NCBI GenBank assembly: GCA_044239025.1 | Contig: JBIICE010000003.1 | Span: 1-55,939, forward strand | Length of the DNA stretch: 55,939 bases | Reading direction: 5' to 3' | From: Verrucomicrobiales bacterium | GTDB taxonomy: Bacteria > Verrucomicrobiota > Verrucomicrobiia > Verrucomicrobiales > V1-33 | Shown: positions 1-10,464 of the stretch, piece after piece | How positions within the stretch are numbered: position 1 is the first letter of the stretch | Layout of the letters: every line of letters begins with the position of its first letter | Notes under the pieces: generated by a model | Seen by the model: only the letters and a program-made list of their open reading frames with translations | Told to the model about the DNA's origin: nothing | Database searches by the model: none | Program-made: the position numbers and the translations under genes

Positions 1-511
1 GGAAGCCGCGGAAGGCAGGATCACGGATGCCTCCGGCACGCAGCTGCGGGCAACGGCGGCATTCCGCACGGTAGGCCTCACAGTCATTGTTCTGATGACA
101 CCCGCCGGTCAGAAAGGAGGCATCATGGAGGGACATCACCACAGGAACCTCACGCGGAATCGCCGCGAACAGGGCGCGGTAATCGAGCCACTTCGCGATC
201 CAGTGAAGATGGACTACTTCCGCACCCGCAACCGCAGTCTGCATGTCACCGCGCACGAAGCGACGGCTGCGGCTCCAGAGCGGGGCTTCCGGCACTTTCA
301 CCGCCCAGATCCGCTGGTCGGCAAACCGGTCGAGGTATCGCCGGGAAAGATTGCCGGCCGGGTTGAAATGACGGGCGGCTGGTACGCCCGGTACCCCGCT
401 GCCATGCACCAGCTCGGAGTCGACACCGCTCGTCCGCAGGCCGGCATGCAGACGGAGGGCAGACAGCCCGGCCCCTCCGGTCAGTTCCGAGGTGAGGTGC
501 ACAACTTTCAT
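1..511 (-). CDS. GT4-family glycosyltransferase (WcaC-like), 3' end outside window
   Basis: Not in the ORF track. Manual translation from the ATG at 511 gives MKVVHLTSELTGGAGLSALRLHAGL...VVHLHWI...SLHDASFLTGGCH...C..CPQL, a typical GT4 N-terminus with HLHW and LHDxxxxTGGCH motifs. Confidence 0.85.
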   Translation of the reverse strand, partial: MKVVHLTSELTGGAGLSALRLHAGLRTSGVDSELVHGSGVPGVPAARHFNPAGNLSRRYLDRFADQRIWAVKVPEAPLWSRSRRFVRGDMQTAVAGAEVVHLHWIAKWLDYRALFAAIPREVPVVMSLHDASFLTGGCHQNNDCEAYRAECRRCPQLRAGGIRDPAFRGF

Positions 512-645
512 TGGAACGGGATGCGGTCGGAGGTGCTGCCAGTCAGGATGCGATGCGCTGGCGGGGCTGGTCGGCGACAGAATGCGCCTCCGGGAACGCC
601 GGAGGTCTCGGTTTCCCGAAGAATTCCACCCTTGCTCAGCAGCGT

Positions 646-1500
646 TCAGATCCGGTAGGCAAATAGATTGAGCCTGAAATCCTTGCGGTTATGCACCGGT
701 ATCCGCAGAAATGGCTGCGGTTCTTCCATGGACCCATGAGCGTGCAGCCGGAATCCGGCATCTTCGAGAATCTGCACGAGTCGGCCGAGCTGCTGCGGCC
801 TTCCCTCAAAGGAGTGAAATTCCACAAACAGTCTCCTGACCATATGCAGCCTGTCCTCGCAGTCTCCCAGCACCTCAAGCTCGGACCCTTCAATGTCCAT
901 CTTCAGGAACTCGACTGGTTCCACCAGATAGTCCCTCAGCCTGACGGCCTTGACCCGGATACGGCTCTCGACTTCCCCGGACCCTGAAAGCGCGGCCACG
1001 TGGCCGCCCACCGCCCCGACCGGATCAAACTCCAGTTCGCAGTCGCTGGTCCAAACCGCAGCCTGCACGGTATCCACTCCGCGGAATGGCCGGCAATTGT
1101 ACTGCAGTGCCGCAAAGCAGTCGGGGTCCGGCTCAAAGGCAACGACTCTCGCCTCGGGAAACCGGCGCTTCAGATACGCGGTCACCAGCCCCACATTGGC
1201 ACCACAGTCGAGCATGAACGGCCGAGGCGAGGCTGATTCAAACCGGAAGATCTCCTGGTGGAACTGCTCGCGGTAAAGCCACGCAAACGATGGCCCATCC
1301 ACCACCCGGAAAGACTCGCCGTGCAGCTGGACTTCCACAGGCTGCATCGGAGGCATCGTGTCCAGTCTGGCAAGGACCTTGTCATCTCCGCCCGTTGCGG
1401 GAGCAGCGGAATACCCGCCATGCAACCTCCGCAGACAATCCACGAGGATGGGAGGAAGCCAGCGGGCTGCCACTTGTCTGACTCGCCTTGGAATGTTCAT
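646..1500 (-). CDS. FkbM-family SAM-dependent methyltransferase
   Basis: Motifs LDCGANVG, AFEPDP, LKMDIEGSELEVL and VEFH; lies in a polysaccharide locus. Confidence 0.9.
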   Translation of the reverse strand: MNIPRRVRQVAARWLPPILVDCLRRLHGGYSAAPATGGDDKVLARLDTMPPMQPVEVQLHGESFRVVDGPSFAWLYREQFHQEIFRFESASPRPFMLDCGANVGLVTAYLKRRFPEARVVAFEPDPDCFAALQYNCRPFRGVDTVQAAVWTSDCELEFDPVGAVGGHVAALSGSGEVESRIRVKAVRLRDYLVEPVEFLKMDIEGSELEVLGDCEDRLHMVRRLFVEFHSFEGRPQQLGRLVQILEDAGFRLHAHGSMEEPQPFLRIPVHNRKDFRLNLFAYRI

Positions 1501-1605
1501 GGTAAATGGCTTCTCCCGGACTCCCCCGGAAGGAATGATGCCGGAAGGACTCGGCTGAAGCAGCTGGATAGCGCACGGCTTCCTGCCGATGCGGAGATCT
1601 GCGGC

Positions 1606-2580
1606 TCAGGTCCCCCGGAACAGTTGACGCAGCATGTGCCTCCGCTGGCCCTGGAGCCACTTCCGGGCGTGAGCGGCACCCACGCCACCTCCCGCCTGCA
1701 CCCGATCCAGCAGCGGCGCCAGCAGGTCGGGATTCGACCAGGGAGCACTCAGCTTCGCAACCCTCGCAACTATCCGTCTGAGCTTCCCGGGATCCTCCGA
1801 TCTTACCATCGCTGTAAGCTTCGCGAAAGCGTTGTTGAGGTGAACCGAATTTTCATAGAAATGCCAGACCACGGCACCCGGCAATCCCTGCCAGATGAAG
1901 CCTGCCTGCACGTTGTAGTCTCCCGGAAGCACCGTAAACTCCACACCGGACTCGTAGAGAGCACGGTTGAGCGAGGGCTGATCCCTGAGGCGCCCGGTGG
2001 TCAGTACACTTCTCTTCCATCCATCGTGCCAGAGCGTAAACATCTGCCTCACCTGATCTGAGTCCCGATAGCACCACACACCGCCGTTAACGTAGGTTGC
2101 GTATTTGGCATCCCACTGCAGCTCAATTTCATTACGACGGTCTTCCGACCATACCTGCTCCTCGAGGGTGGAGCCATTGTGATTGGCAACTGCACCGAAA
2201 GCATTGACCCGCGCAAACACGGGCAGAATCGGTCGGCGGACGAATGTGTCGGCGTCAAGGTAGAGGACGTCTCCCTGAACCCATTGCGGCAACTGCGTCT
2301 TGATCCAGCGGTTGCGGAAAATCCCCGCCCCCTGCGGCGTTTTCACATCGATCAGGTGATCGCACACCTTGAGAAGCGGGTGGGCCATGTCCCGCAGAAT
2401 CCGCGCGGATTCCCGGTCGCATAACACCTGAATGCATGCGCCCGGATCGCTGCCGCGGACCGAGAGGGCCGAAACCACAGCCATGTCTGGATACCGCAGC
2501 TGACTGTCGCAAGTTACCACGTAGGCGACCGTCCCTGTGCCGTTATGTGCTGCTGCGTCCACCCTCTCGGAAAGGTTCAT
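1606..2580 (-). CDS. Putative GT-A fold glycosyltransferase (GT8-like / nucleotide-diphospho-sugar transferase)
   Basis: YLDADT (DxD), NGGV, DQPSLN, YN and WHF motifs resemble GT8. Confidence 0.75.
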   Translation of the reverse strand: MNLSERVDAAAHNGTGTVAYVVTCDSQLRYPDMAVVSALSVRGSDPGACIQVLCDRESARILRDMAHPLLKVCDHLIDVKTPQGAGIFRNRWIKTQLPQWVQGDVLYLDADTFVRRPILPVFARVNAFGAVANHNGSTLEEQVWSEDRRNEIELQWDAKYATYVNGGVWCYRDSDQVRQMFTLWHDGWKRSVLTTGRLRDQPSLNRALYESGVEFTVLPGDYNVQAGFIWQGLPGAVVWHFYENSVHLNNAFAKLTAMVRSEDPGKLRRIVARVAKLSAPWSNPDLLAPLLDRVQAGGGVGAAHARKWLQGQRRHMLRQLFRGT

Positions 2581-2730
2581 GGTTGATAGTTGCAGCCCGT
2601 CACCACGGTGCCGGATTCCCCGCGCTCACCACGGTTCCCCCGAGCCTCCGCCATGGTGCCCATCCTCGCCTGCAGCCGCATTCCGTCATCCTCTGCCATA
2701 GCTGTCATTCCCGCATCGTCATGGTTCCTT

Positions 2731-3996
2731 TCATGACCCCTCGGCCGCCGGGAGCATGAGACTCGGGGGCTCGATCCTGATCTCCGGTGTTACGGCGAGG
2801 AGCCCAACCGACGCGTTGTCTCCCGACACCTTTACGGGGATGCCCTTCTGCCAGAAGATCAATTCCCTTGCGGGCAATGCCCAGACTCCCACCGACAGGC
2901 GGTAGTTGCCGGGACTCAGCGGCAGCGGAGGAAGTACCGCCGTCAGATGACCTCCACCATGCGTGTCCGCGTGGTACTGCACATCGTGCGAGCTCTGGAC
3001 AAGGGCTTCATCGGCACTGGTGCGGAGCACAAGGTCGACATGCCAGGAACCCGACGGAAGTCCCGGCAGCACCTTCCATCTGACCGCGAACCCTTCCCCC
3101 GGGTGCAGGGCTGTCAGCAGCCCACCCTGAAGACCGACGAACTGAGGGTCGGAAAAGCAGTGGGCCCACCTTCCTTCCGTCTGCGATTCCGGAACCTGAT
3201 CCATGTTCTCCGCCTGGAGACAGTGATAATGCTCAATGCCTCCTCCGGTGGATCCGGAATACACCACGCGGCCATGGTCCAGAACGAGGACCCGGTCGCA
3301 GATCCGTGCAATCTGGTGCATGTTGTGCCCGACGAGGATAAAGGCACTCTTCATGAGCCGCAGTTCGGAGAGACGGCGGAAGCATTTCGCGTAGAACGCC
3401 ATGTCACCGACCGCGAGAACCTCATCCAGCAGCAGCACATCCGGACAGATGGCGGTCGCCACCGCAAAACCAAGTCTCACGGCCATGCCTGAAGAATAGC
3501 TTTGCACAGGGCTGTCGATGAACTCCCTCAGTTCCGCAAAATCTATGATTTCTTCGATTCCGGCATCGATTTCGCTGCGGCTGAGACCAAGAACTGAGGC
3601 GTTCACATACACATTCTCCCGCCCGGTCAGAACCGGGTTGAATCCGGCCCCCAGCGCAATGAGCGCCCCCACCCGGCCGTGGATAACGGCTTCCCCCGCA
3701 TCCGGCTTGATGAGGCCGTTGAGCATCTTGAGAAGCGTAGTCTTTCCGGCGCCATTGTGACCAATGAGACCGATGCATTCACCCCGTTTGAGTTCGAAGG
3801 AGACATCGCGGACCGCCCAGAATTCCTCCCGCCGGAGGCTCCCTCCGGCAGCCTGCTCCCTTTGCTTTGGAGCGCGGCGAAAGCGGAACTCCGATGCGGC
3901 GTCGGTGATGCCGTACCAGAGAGATCTGCGGAGTGAGCGGCAGAATTTCTTTGATAGTCCCGTGACCCGGACAACGGTATCAGCTTCGCTGTCCAT
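2731..3996 (-). CDS. wzt: Polysaccharide ABC transporter ATP-binding protein with C-terminal Wzt_C-like domain
   Basis: Walker A GHNGAGKTT, ALGAGFNPVLTGREN, signature YSSGM, Walker B LLLDEVLAVGD, and a C-terminal beta domain (LSPGNYRLSVG). Start moved to MDSEAD at 3996. Confidence 0.9.
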   Translation of the reverse strand: MDSEADTVVRVTGLSKKFCRSLRRSLWYGITDAASEFRFRRAPKQREQAAGGSLRREEFWAVRDVSFELKRGECIGLIGHNGAGKTTLLKMLNGLIKPDAGEAVIHGRVGALIALGAGFNPVLTGRENVYVNASVLGLSRSEIDAGIEEIIDFAELREFIDSPVQSYSSGMAVRLGFAVATAICPDVLLLDEVLAVGDMAFYAKCFRRLSELRLMKSAFILVGHNMHQIARICDRVLVLDHGRVVYSGSTGGGIEHYHCLQAENMDQVPESQTEGRWAHCFSDPQFVGLQGGLLTALHPGEGFAVRWKVLPGLPSGSWHVDLVLRTSADEALVQSSHDVQYHADTHGGGHLTAVLPPLPLSPGNYRLSVGVWALPARELIFWQKGIPVKVSGDNASVGLLAVTPEIRIEPPSLMLPAAEGS

Positions 3997-4121
3997 GCGT
4001 CTCTGCCATGTGATGGTGTGCGGGAAAGCCTTTCCGGTTCCCAGGATGGCCGAACCCCGGTGCAGCGCGGTCCTGCGGGCTGAATGGAAACCTTTTTGCC
4101 GACGATGGATACCGCGTTCGC

Positions 4122-5195
4122 TTACGGGTTTCCCGAGAGCTGCAGCCAGTCCGGATGGGCTTCCGCATGCCGGGCGATTTCCTCGAAGATGCTTTCCGGC
4201 GTGCGGGCCGGAGCCCATTCCCAGCACTGCCGCGCAAGGGCTGAATCGAGAACCACCCACGGAAGATCAAATCGCCGGGGTGAGGGATCGGACGAAACAG
4301 GATGCGGGCCAAATCGGGCATCGCACCAGTCGGTCAGCTGCTTTAGCGACCGCGCGGAATCCATCCCCCCGGATGCATTCACGATCCGCGGCTTCGAACT
4401 ATCGGAGCCGGCGGCCATCTGTTTGCGCAGCAACGGCACGAGATCCTCCGGATGCAGGCAGTCCCGGACCTGATGCCCCCCGCCATCAAAGCCAATGTAC
4501 CGCAGCGGACGCCGTCGCAGATGGGAATTGATCCAAAAGGCAAAAATTCCCTGATCGGCGCGACCGAACTGCCCCGCCCCGGCAAGCACCCCGCAGCGGT
4601 TTACATAAACCGGGAATCCGTTAGTCTCTCCGTATTCCAGCGCGAGGACCTCACTGGCAATTTTCGTGGCCCCGTAAAGAGAAACCGGTGCAGCGGTGCT
4701 GAATGCTTCGCTGATCCCTGCTGCAGACACCCCCGGAGGCAGCGGACCGTCCCTGCCTGGCTGATAGGCATCGCCGCGGACTGCGACATCCAGACCAGCC
4801 AGTGGCGGAATGCTGTAGACGCGACTCGTGCTCAGCAGCATGAACCCAGCCCCATCCCGCCGGCATTTCTCGAGCAGATTCACCGTACCGAGCAGGTTGT
4901 GCTCGATGAGTTGGCGGCTGGTGGTGCGTCCATCGGCCCCCGCGAGCACGCTGGGATTGGCAGCACAGTCGATGATCCAATCGACCGCGGGCAAGGCATC
5001 CACATCGCTCTGACAGCGCAGATCCCCATGGATCACAGGGATGCCCATGCGCTGAAGCCGCCGCCGATGGTGCTCACTGCCGGCACGGCTGAGATTGTCC
5101 ACCCCATGAAGGCTCGACGCCACGCCGTCGGCGCGGAGAGCGCAGGCAAGGGTTGCACCGACAAACCCAGAGGCTCCCGTAATCAGAATTCTCAT
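4122..5195 (-). CDS. NAD-dependent epimerase/dehydratase (CDP-paratose 2-epimerase/RfbE-like)
   Basis: MRILITGASGFVG Rossmann motif, LSTSRVY, YGATK (YxxxK), GHQVRD. Confidence 0.88.
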   Translation of the reverse strand: MRILITGASGFVGATLACALRADGVASSLHGVDNLSRAGSEHHRRRLQRMGIPVIHGDLRCQSDVDALPAVDWIIDCAANPSVLAGADGRTTSRQLIEHNLLGTVNLLEKCRRDGAGFMLLSTSRVYSIPPLAGLDVAVRGDAYQPGRDGPLPPGVSAAGISEAFSTAAPVSLYGATKIASEVLALEYGETNGFPVYVNRCGVLAGAGQFGRADQGIFAFWINSHLRRRPLRYIGFDGGGHQVRDCLHPEDLVPLLRKQMAAGSDSSKPRIVNASGGMDSARSLKQLTDWCDARFGPHPVSSDPSPRRFDLPWVVLDSALARQCWEWAPARTPESIFEEIARHAEAHPDWLQLSGNP

Positions 5196-5196
5196 T

Positions 5197-6246
5197 TCAC
5201 TGCTTCTGGTCATGCGCCGCAACGATCTCCCGGAAGGTTTCCGCCAGTCCCTTGGTGAGATCCCACTGCGGATAGTGATTTCTCATCTTCGAAAGGTTGG
5301 AAACGTAGCAGATGTGGTCGCCCTGGCGGTTCTGGTCGACGTACTGCCACCGCATCGGTTTTCCGGTGATTGATTCCACCAGCTGAAAGGCCTCGAGAAT
5401 GGAGATGGAATTAGCGGGACCGCCGCCAATGTTGTAGACTTCCGCAATCCTCGGTTTGGCAATGAACTGATCGATGAAACGCACCACATCCTCGCTGTGA
5501 ATGTTGTCTCTGACCTGCTTGCCCTTGTATCCGAAGACATTGTACTGTCGCTCCTCGAGGTTGCACTTAATCAGGTAGGATAGAAATCCGTGGAGCTCGA
5601 CCCCTGAGTGATTCGGCCCGGTCAGGCATCCCCCGCGCAGACAGCAGGTCGGGATGCCGAAGTACCGACCGTACTCCTGAACCATGATGTCCGCGGCCAC
5701 CTTGGATGCCCCGAAAAGCGAGTGTTTGGACTGATCGATCGAAAAGTCCTCGGGAATGCCGGCCGTGTAGGCCGGATCGGAGTACTCCCAGCGGGTCTCG
5801 GTTTCGTGCAGGGGAATCAGATTCGGGCGGTCACCATATACTTTGTTGGTGGACATGTGAACGAAGGGACTTTCTGGACAATACTGCCGGACCGCTTCCA
5901 GAAGGTTCAGCGTGCCCACCGCATTGGTTTCGAAATCATCGAAAGGTATCGCCGCAGCACGATCATGCGATGGCTGTGCTGCCGTGTGGACGATCGCCTG
6001 CGGCCGGAGTTCCCGGAGCAGGGCCAGGATACCCTGTCGGTCACGGATATCGACCTCGTGATGACTGAAGCTGCTGCCGAGCCTGTCACAGAGCCTCCGC
6101 TGATTCCAGCGGGTGTCGCCCTCGGCACCGAAGAACACGGCCCGCTGGTTATTGTCGACGCCATGCACGTGCCACCCAGCTCCAGCAAAGTAGGAAGAGA
6201 CTTCTGAGCCAATCAGCCCGGATGATCCAGTGACGAGTATGTTCAT
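5197..6246 (-). CDS. NAD-dependent epimerase/dehydratase (CDP-paratose 2-epimerase/RfbE-like)
   Basis: [47 protein letters not shown]; has FGASK at the YxxxK position. Confidence 0.9.
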   Translation of the reverse strand: MNILVTGSSGLIGSEVSSYFAGAGWHVHGVDNNQRAVFFGAEGDTRWNQRRLCDRLGSSFSHHEVDIRDRQGILALLRELRPQAIVHTAAQPSHDRAAAIPFDDFETNAVGTLNLLEAVRQYCPESPFVHMSTNKVYGDRPNLIPLHETETRWEYSDPAYTAGIPEDFSIDQSKHSLFGASKVAADIMVQEYGRYFGIPTCCLRGGCLTGPNHSGVELHGFLSYLIKCNLEERQYNVFGYKGKQVRDNIHSEDVVRFIDQFIAKPRIAEVYNIGGGPANSISILEAFQLVESITGKPMRWQYVDQNRQGDHICYVSNLSKMRNHYPQWDLTKGLAETFREIVAAHDQKQ

Positions 6247-6679
6247 GCTTAGCTGTGTAGTGTGTGATGGTTTGGTGGACGATAGAAGATTTTCCGGCGG
6301 CCGAGTCAGGCGAACATTCGATGGGAGGGATGAGGGTGCGCCACTGGAGATCATGTGGCCGGATGTTGCGTGCCTCAGGCATGACACTGGTGCCCGGCAC
6401 TGTCACTGCAAAGTCGTTCTCGTACTTTTCCGCCCGCCTTTCAAGAGCTTCCAGCAATTCCTGCCGGGAGCCTATCCGGGAACGCTACCGCACTTGGCCG
6501 GAGTTTCGTTCAGGCCATTTCCAGGGATTTTCCGTCTTCTGCTCCGAGCGCCACCTCCCGCTATATGCGGCAGCGGGTGCCGTGCCATGTGGACACCCCG
6601 CTGGACCGCCCCAAAACGGGCACCGTTCCTGCAGCGCTAACGCGTGGGTGTGGCCCCTCGGCCGATGTTGACGTCATGC

Positions 6680-8113
6680 CTACCTTCCTCCCCTCCCGAA
6701 AATCGTGACATAGGCAGTCTTCACCACGATCACAAAATCGAGCAACAGTGAAAAATTGCGGATATAAAAGAGGTCGTAGGAGAGTTTAGCCCTCGCGTCA
6801 TTGACATCCTGACCATAAGGATAATTGACCTGCGCCCAGCCCGTCAGGCCCGGCCTCACGAGGTGACGAAGATCATACAAGTCGATTTCCTGGCTGTATC
6901 GTTCGGCGCACCGGATCCACTCCGGTCTCGGTCCGATCAGGCTCATGTCCCCCCTGAGAATATTGTAGATCTGGGGTAGTTCATCAAGCCGATAGCGCCG
7001 CAGGAATCCACCTCCTGGAATGATGCGCTTGTCTCCGAGAGTCGTGGTCCCTCCACTGGACCCGACTGACATGGTGCGGAATTTGACGAGATTGAACGTT
7101 TTGCCGAACCGACCCCGGCGTTCCTGAAAGAAGAGCACGGGACCAGGGGATGCCAGCCGAACGTAGGCGGCTATGCAGATCATGGGGAGCAGACCGGCTA
7201 CCGCCAGAAGCAACGATGCGATCACGTCGAAGGTGCGCTTCAGAGCTTCGTGGACCGTCTTGGATCCCAGCCGGAACCCGCTTTGGAAGATCCAGTCGGG
7301 AGTGACGGAATCGAGGCTTACCTTCTTCAGGTGAGCCTCGTGAAAGCCTTCCCACGTGTAGACCGGCACACAGCCGAGATGGGTCCCGATGAGCGTACTG
7401 AACTGCTTCATGGAAAGTGATTCCACGGACGGGCCCAGCACAATCGCGAGAGCGCAATCCGGCCTTCCGTCAAATGCGAGAAAGATCTGTTCGGGAGAAG
7501 ACATTTTTCCGAGTTCAATCCGGATGGCATTTCCATGCCATTCCTGCTGCGCGAGTTCCCCACTGAGCCGAGTCAGTTCCGAATCGGTCCCAACAACGGC
7601 CACGGTTGGTGTCCCCTTGATCCGGCGCTGGTGGGAATCGATGGCCCTTCTGAGAAAGAGCGACACACCAAAGAAAAGCAGGGGCCACGAGAGGAGAAGT
7701 CCACGGCTGGGCAACCGAAGCGAACCATAGGTCAGGGCCACGCTGATGATGGCGGTGGAGAGGATCGCGCCACCTGCCAGATAAAGCAGGTGCTCGACCG
7801 CAAACCGCAGCGAGAGAAAATCCTCCTTCGGGCGATACCCTCCACTGGCTGCTACCGATCCCAGGCAGATGATCATGGGAACCACGGCGATCATGACCGG
7901 TTCAAGATTGGTTTTCCAGATGATGGAAAACGTGTAGAAAATTCCAGCCGCGACGATGAGATCGAGCAGAAACAACCTCAGGGCCGAGGATTGCCCCTGA
8001 TGAAGCAGCAAACCTTCCGGAATGTCGGACGCTGAAAAACCCTTGACCGAAGCGCCCCGATGGAATCGACCCGGAGTCGTCAGTGATTGTGTTTCCTCCA
8101 GCACAGCGCTCAT
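6680..8113 (-). CDS. Priming polyprenyl-phosphate sugar transferase (WcaJ/EpsB-like)
   Basis: N-terminal TM helices; C-terminal KRTFD, KFRTM, RLDELPQ, GDMSLIGPRPE, PGLTGWAQV and KLSYDLFY motifs. Confidence 0.93.
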   Translation of the reverse strand: MSAVLEETQSLTTPGRFHRGASVKGFSASDIPEGLLLHQGQSSALRLFLLDLIVAAGIFYTFSIIWKTNLEPVMIAVVPMIICLGSVAASGGYRPKEDFLSLRFAVEHLLYLAGGAILSTAIISVALTYGSLRLPSRGLLLSWPLLFFGVSLFLRRAIDSHQRRIKGTPTVAVVGTDSELTRLSGELAQQEWHGNAIRIELGKMSSPEQIFLAFDGRPDCALAIVLGPSVESLSMKQFSTLIGTHLGCVPVYTWEGFHEAHLKKVSLDSVTPDWIFQSGFRLGSKTVHEALKRTFDVIASLLLAVAGLLPMICIAAYVRLASPGPVLFFQERRGRFGKTFNLVKFRTMSVGSSGGTTTLGDKRIIPGGGFLRRYRLDELPQIYNILRGDMSLIGPRPEWIRCAERYSQEIDLYDLRHLVRPGLTGWAQVNYPYGQDVNDARAKLSYDLFYIRNFSLLLDFVIVVKTAYVTIFGRGGR

Positions 8114-8291
8114 AAGGTCCTCTAAATCAGTCGATCCTGTGCGAGTACGAAATGGACCGCAAGCGAGAAACGACGCCTTTTGCTCGACCTGCGGTGACTG
8201 GCGGATCCGCGGTCAACGTTACTTGCATTTCCGCGATGTTACCATGGAATGAGCTTTATTCCAATGGATTCCTCGGATTTGTGTCGCTTCC

Positions 8292-10385
8292 TTAATCCTG
8301 CGTGTTCGTGGCGCGGTCTGCCTTAATGTAAGGGTCGTATCTGTAGTTGTAATAGTAACTATAGACCCCTGAACGCTGACGGTTCAGGATCACTCCGGCA
8401 AGCCTTCCGCCGGCCCGCGTGAGGTTCTCCAGCGCGCGTTTAACCGCCCGTCGGGGGGTGTGACCGGCCCTGACGACCAGGCAGACGGAATGCACATGCG
8501 GCAGCATGATGATGGCATCGCTGACGGAGTTCACTGGTGGGGTATCCACCACAATGCGGTCAAATTGCTGCTGCGCCAGTTCCATCATGTCACCGAAGGC
8601 CGCCTGGGCGAGAAGGTCCGCCGGTTGAGGGCTCCTGCCTCCTGCCAGGATGACCGTGAAATTGTCTACAGTGGTCTGGGAGCAGGCATCCGCGAAGGTA
8701 CACAAGCCGCTCAGATGCTCGGAAAGGCCAGGTTGCTTCTCTCCACTCCCGTCTTCCTCGGCGGGCTTGAGCGCGTCCTCCAGCACTTTCTGCTGCGATG
8801 GTCTCCGCATGTCGGCATCGATCAGGAGGGTACGCAGGCCGCGCTGGGCAAAGGCGACCGCAAGGTTGGCCGAGGTGCGGCTTTTGCCCTCACCTGGAAG
8901 TGCGCTGGTCACGAGGAAAATGCGGCGGCGGGACTCATCACCGAGAAGGCTGAGAGCGGCGCGGAGGGTTCTGTAGGCCTCTGCCTGGAGCGAGTTGCGG
9001 TCCGCAACGGCAGCGACTCCCTGACTGCGTCGCTTTTCGACGCTGTCATCCGGGACAGAAGCCAGCACCGAAATTCCCAGTTCCGACTCGAGGTGCTCCA
9101 CTGACTGGTAGGTCTGATCGAGGCGGTCGATCAGGAAAATGAGCGCCAGACCGATGGCAAGGCCGGCGAGGGCGGCTTTGGACAGCATGCTTCCGGTCCT
9201 CGACATGGGCGTCGAGGGAAGAAGGGCCGCCTCGGCGATGGTGACGGGAACGCGGTCGGCGGCCTTTTCCTTCATTCCGATTTCGGCAATCCGGTTGGTC
9301 ACTTCATTGTAGCGTTTCTGAACCGAATCGACCTCAGACATGAGAATCCGGAAAGGAACCATGACCTTGGACAGTTCCGAGTTGCCTTCGTTCACCTGGG
9401 CAATGGCTTCCTGGATCTGCTTTTCCACAAGTGCGGCCTGACTGGCACGTTCTTTGAGCAGAGGCACCGCCTCTGCCAGGAGTCTCCGGAGGGTCTCTGC
9501 GGCAGCAGCCACGTTTTCGCTGGCCTGGATGTAGCGAGGGTGCTGATCGAGGTAGCGCTTCTTGATCTGTTCGAAGACCGCTTCCTGTTCTTTGAGTTCG
9601 GAGTTCGCCTCGGCGACCTTGGGGATTCCAGCGAGGGTGCTGATCTGCAGCAGTTCCTTTTCGGAGCCTGGAGCGACGGTGTTCGCCCTGGCAAGGTCAG
9701 CTTCGATCTGTCCCCGCTGACTCCGCACGCTGAGGAGTTTATCGCTCAGCTCGGTGGCCCCGGTTCCCGGGGCTTGTCCATCCTTTTCGAGCGGGAGGTC
9801 CTTGTGCTTGAGGCGAAATTCGCTGACAGCGTTCCGCGCAGCAGTGAGTTCCGACTCCAGCCGCTTGGCCTGATCCTTCAGATAGTCGGTGGCTACTCCA
9901 CTGCGGGAACTGCGGTCAGTGGTGGAGCGGTCGAGGTAGGCTGCTACCACAGCGTTGGCAAGTTTCTGTGCCCGTACTGGATCCACATCGGAGGCAACCA
10001 CATCAATGAGCCTCGTGCGCCCGCGAACCCTGCTGGCGACCTTGTTGCGCAGCGTTTCGACGATGGCGGAATCGGTTTGTCCGCTTTTGCGCAGCTCGTC
10101 ATAGAGATCGATCTCTCGTGCCGCAGCGAGCAGCACGCCGTCGCCCATGAGGCTTTCGGCTACGGTGGACAGGTAATCGGAACCAGCCGGGTTATCTTTT
10201 TTGACGCCTTCGACTTTGAGGATCACGTCCTCCTGCTGAGCCACTTCGATAACAGCGCGGGAGGAGTAGACCGCGACTTGACGCTGCATCCAGGCGAAGG
10301 TGGACAGCATGGTGACGATCACCGCCAGCAGGATGAGCCACCAGAATCGGAAAAGCAGGAGTCTTAGTCGGTTTTTATCGATCAT
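8292..10385 (-). CDS. wzc: Polysaccharide co-polymerase / tyrosine autokinase
   Basis: Two TM helices flank a coiled coil; AEAYRTLR, Walker A TSALPGEGKS, LIDADMRRP, VVDTPP, and a C-terminal Tyr cluster YSYYYNYRYDPY. Confidence 0.93.
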   Translation of the reverse strand: MIDKNRLRLLLFRFWWLILLAVIVTMLSTFAWMQRQVAVYSSRAVIEVAQQEDVILKVEGVKKDNPAGSDYLSTVAESLMGDGVLLAAAREIDLYDELRKSGQTDSAIVETLRNKVASRVRGRTRLIDVVASDVDPVRAQKLANAVVAAYLDRSTTDRSSRSGVATDYLKDQAKRLESELTAARNAVSEFRLKHKDLPLEKDGQAPGTGATELSDKLLSVRSQRGQIEADLARANTVAPGSEKELLQISTLAGIPKVAEANSELKEQEAVFEQIKKRYLDQHPRYIQASENVAAAAETLRRLLAEAVPLLKERASQAALVEKQIQEAIAQVNEGNSELSKVMVPFRILMSEVDSVQKRYNEVTNRIAEIGMKEKAADRVPVTIAEAALLPSTPMSRTGSMLSKAALAGLAIGLALIFLIDRLDQTYQSVEHLESELGISVLASVPDDSVEKRRSQGVAAVADRNSLQAEAYRTLRAALSLLGDESRRRIFLVTSALPGEGKSRTSANLAVAFAQRGLRTLLIDADMRRPSQQKVLEDALKPAEEDGSGEKQPGLSEHLSGLCTFADACSQTTVDNFTVILAGGRSPQPADLLAQAAFGDMMELAQQQFDRIVVDTPPVNSVSDAIIMLPHVHSVCLVVRAGHTPRRAVKRALENLTRAGGRLAGVILNRQRSGVYSYYYNYRYDPYIKADRATNTQD

Positions 10386-10464
10386 GAGGCTGGTGAAAAT
10401 CAGTTATCCTGGGTGGTACGCCGGGAGCCAGAGTTTTGCTAGTGGCAAGTGGATTTCTCGGAGG

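Noticed and set aside
95-658. 187-aa + strand ORF
   Set aside because: Antisense shadow of the GT4 gene at 1-511 (-), which has clear family motifs.
6149-6457. 102-aa minus-strand ORF (LLEALERRAEKYEND...) in the gap upstream of the epimerases
   Set aside because: Overlaps the epimerase start, has a TTG start and no recognisable motif. It could be a gene remnant but is not supportable.
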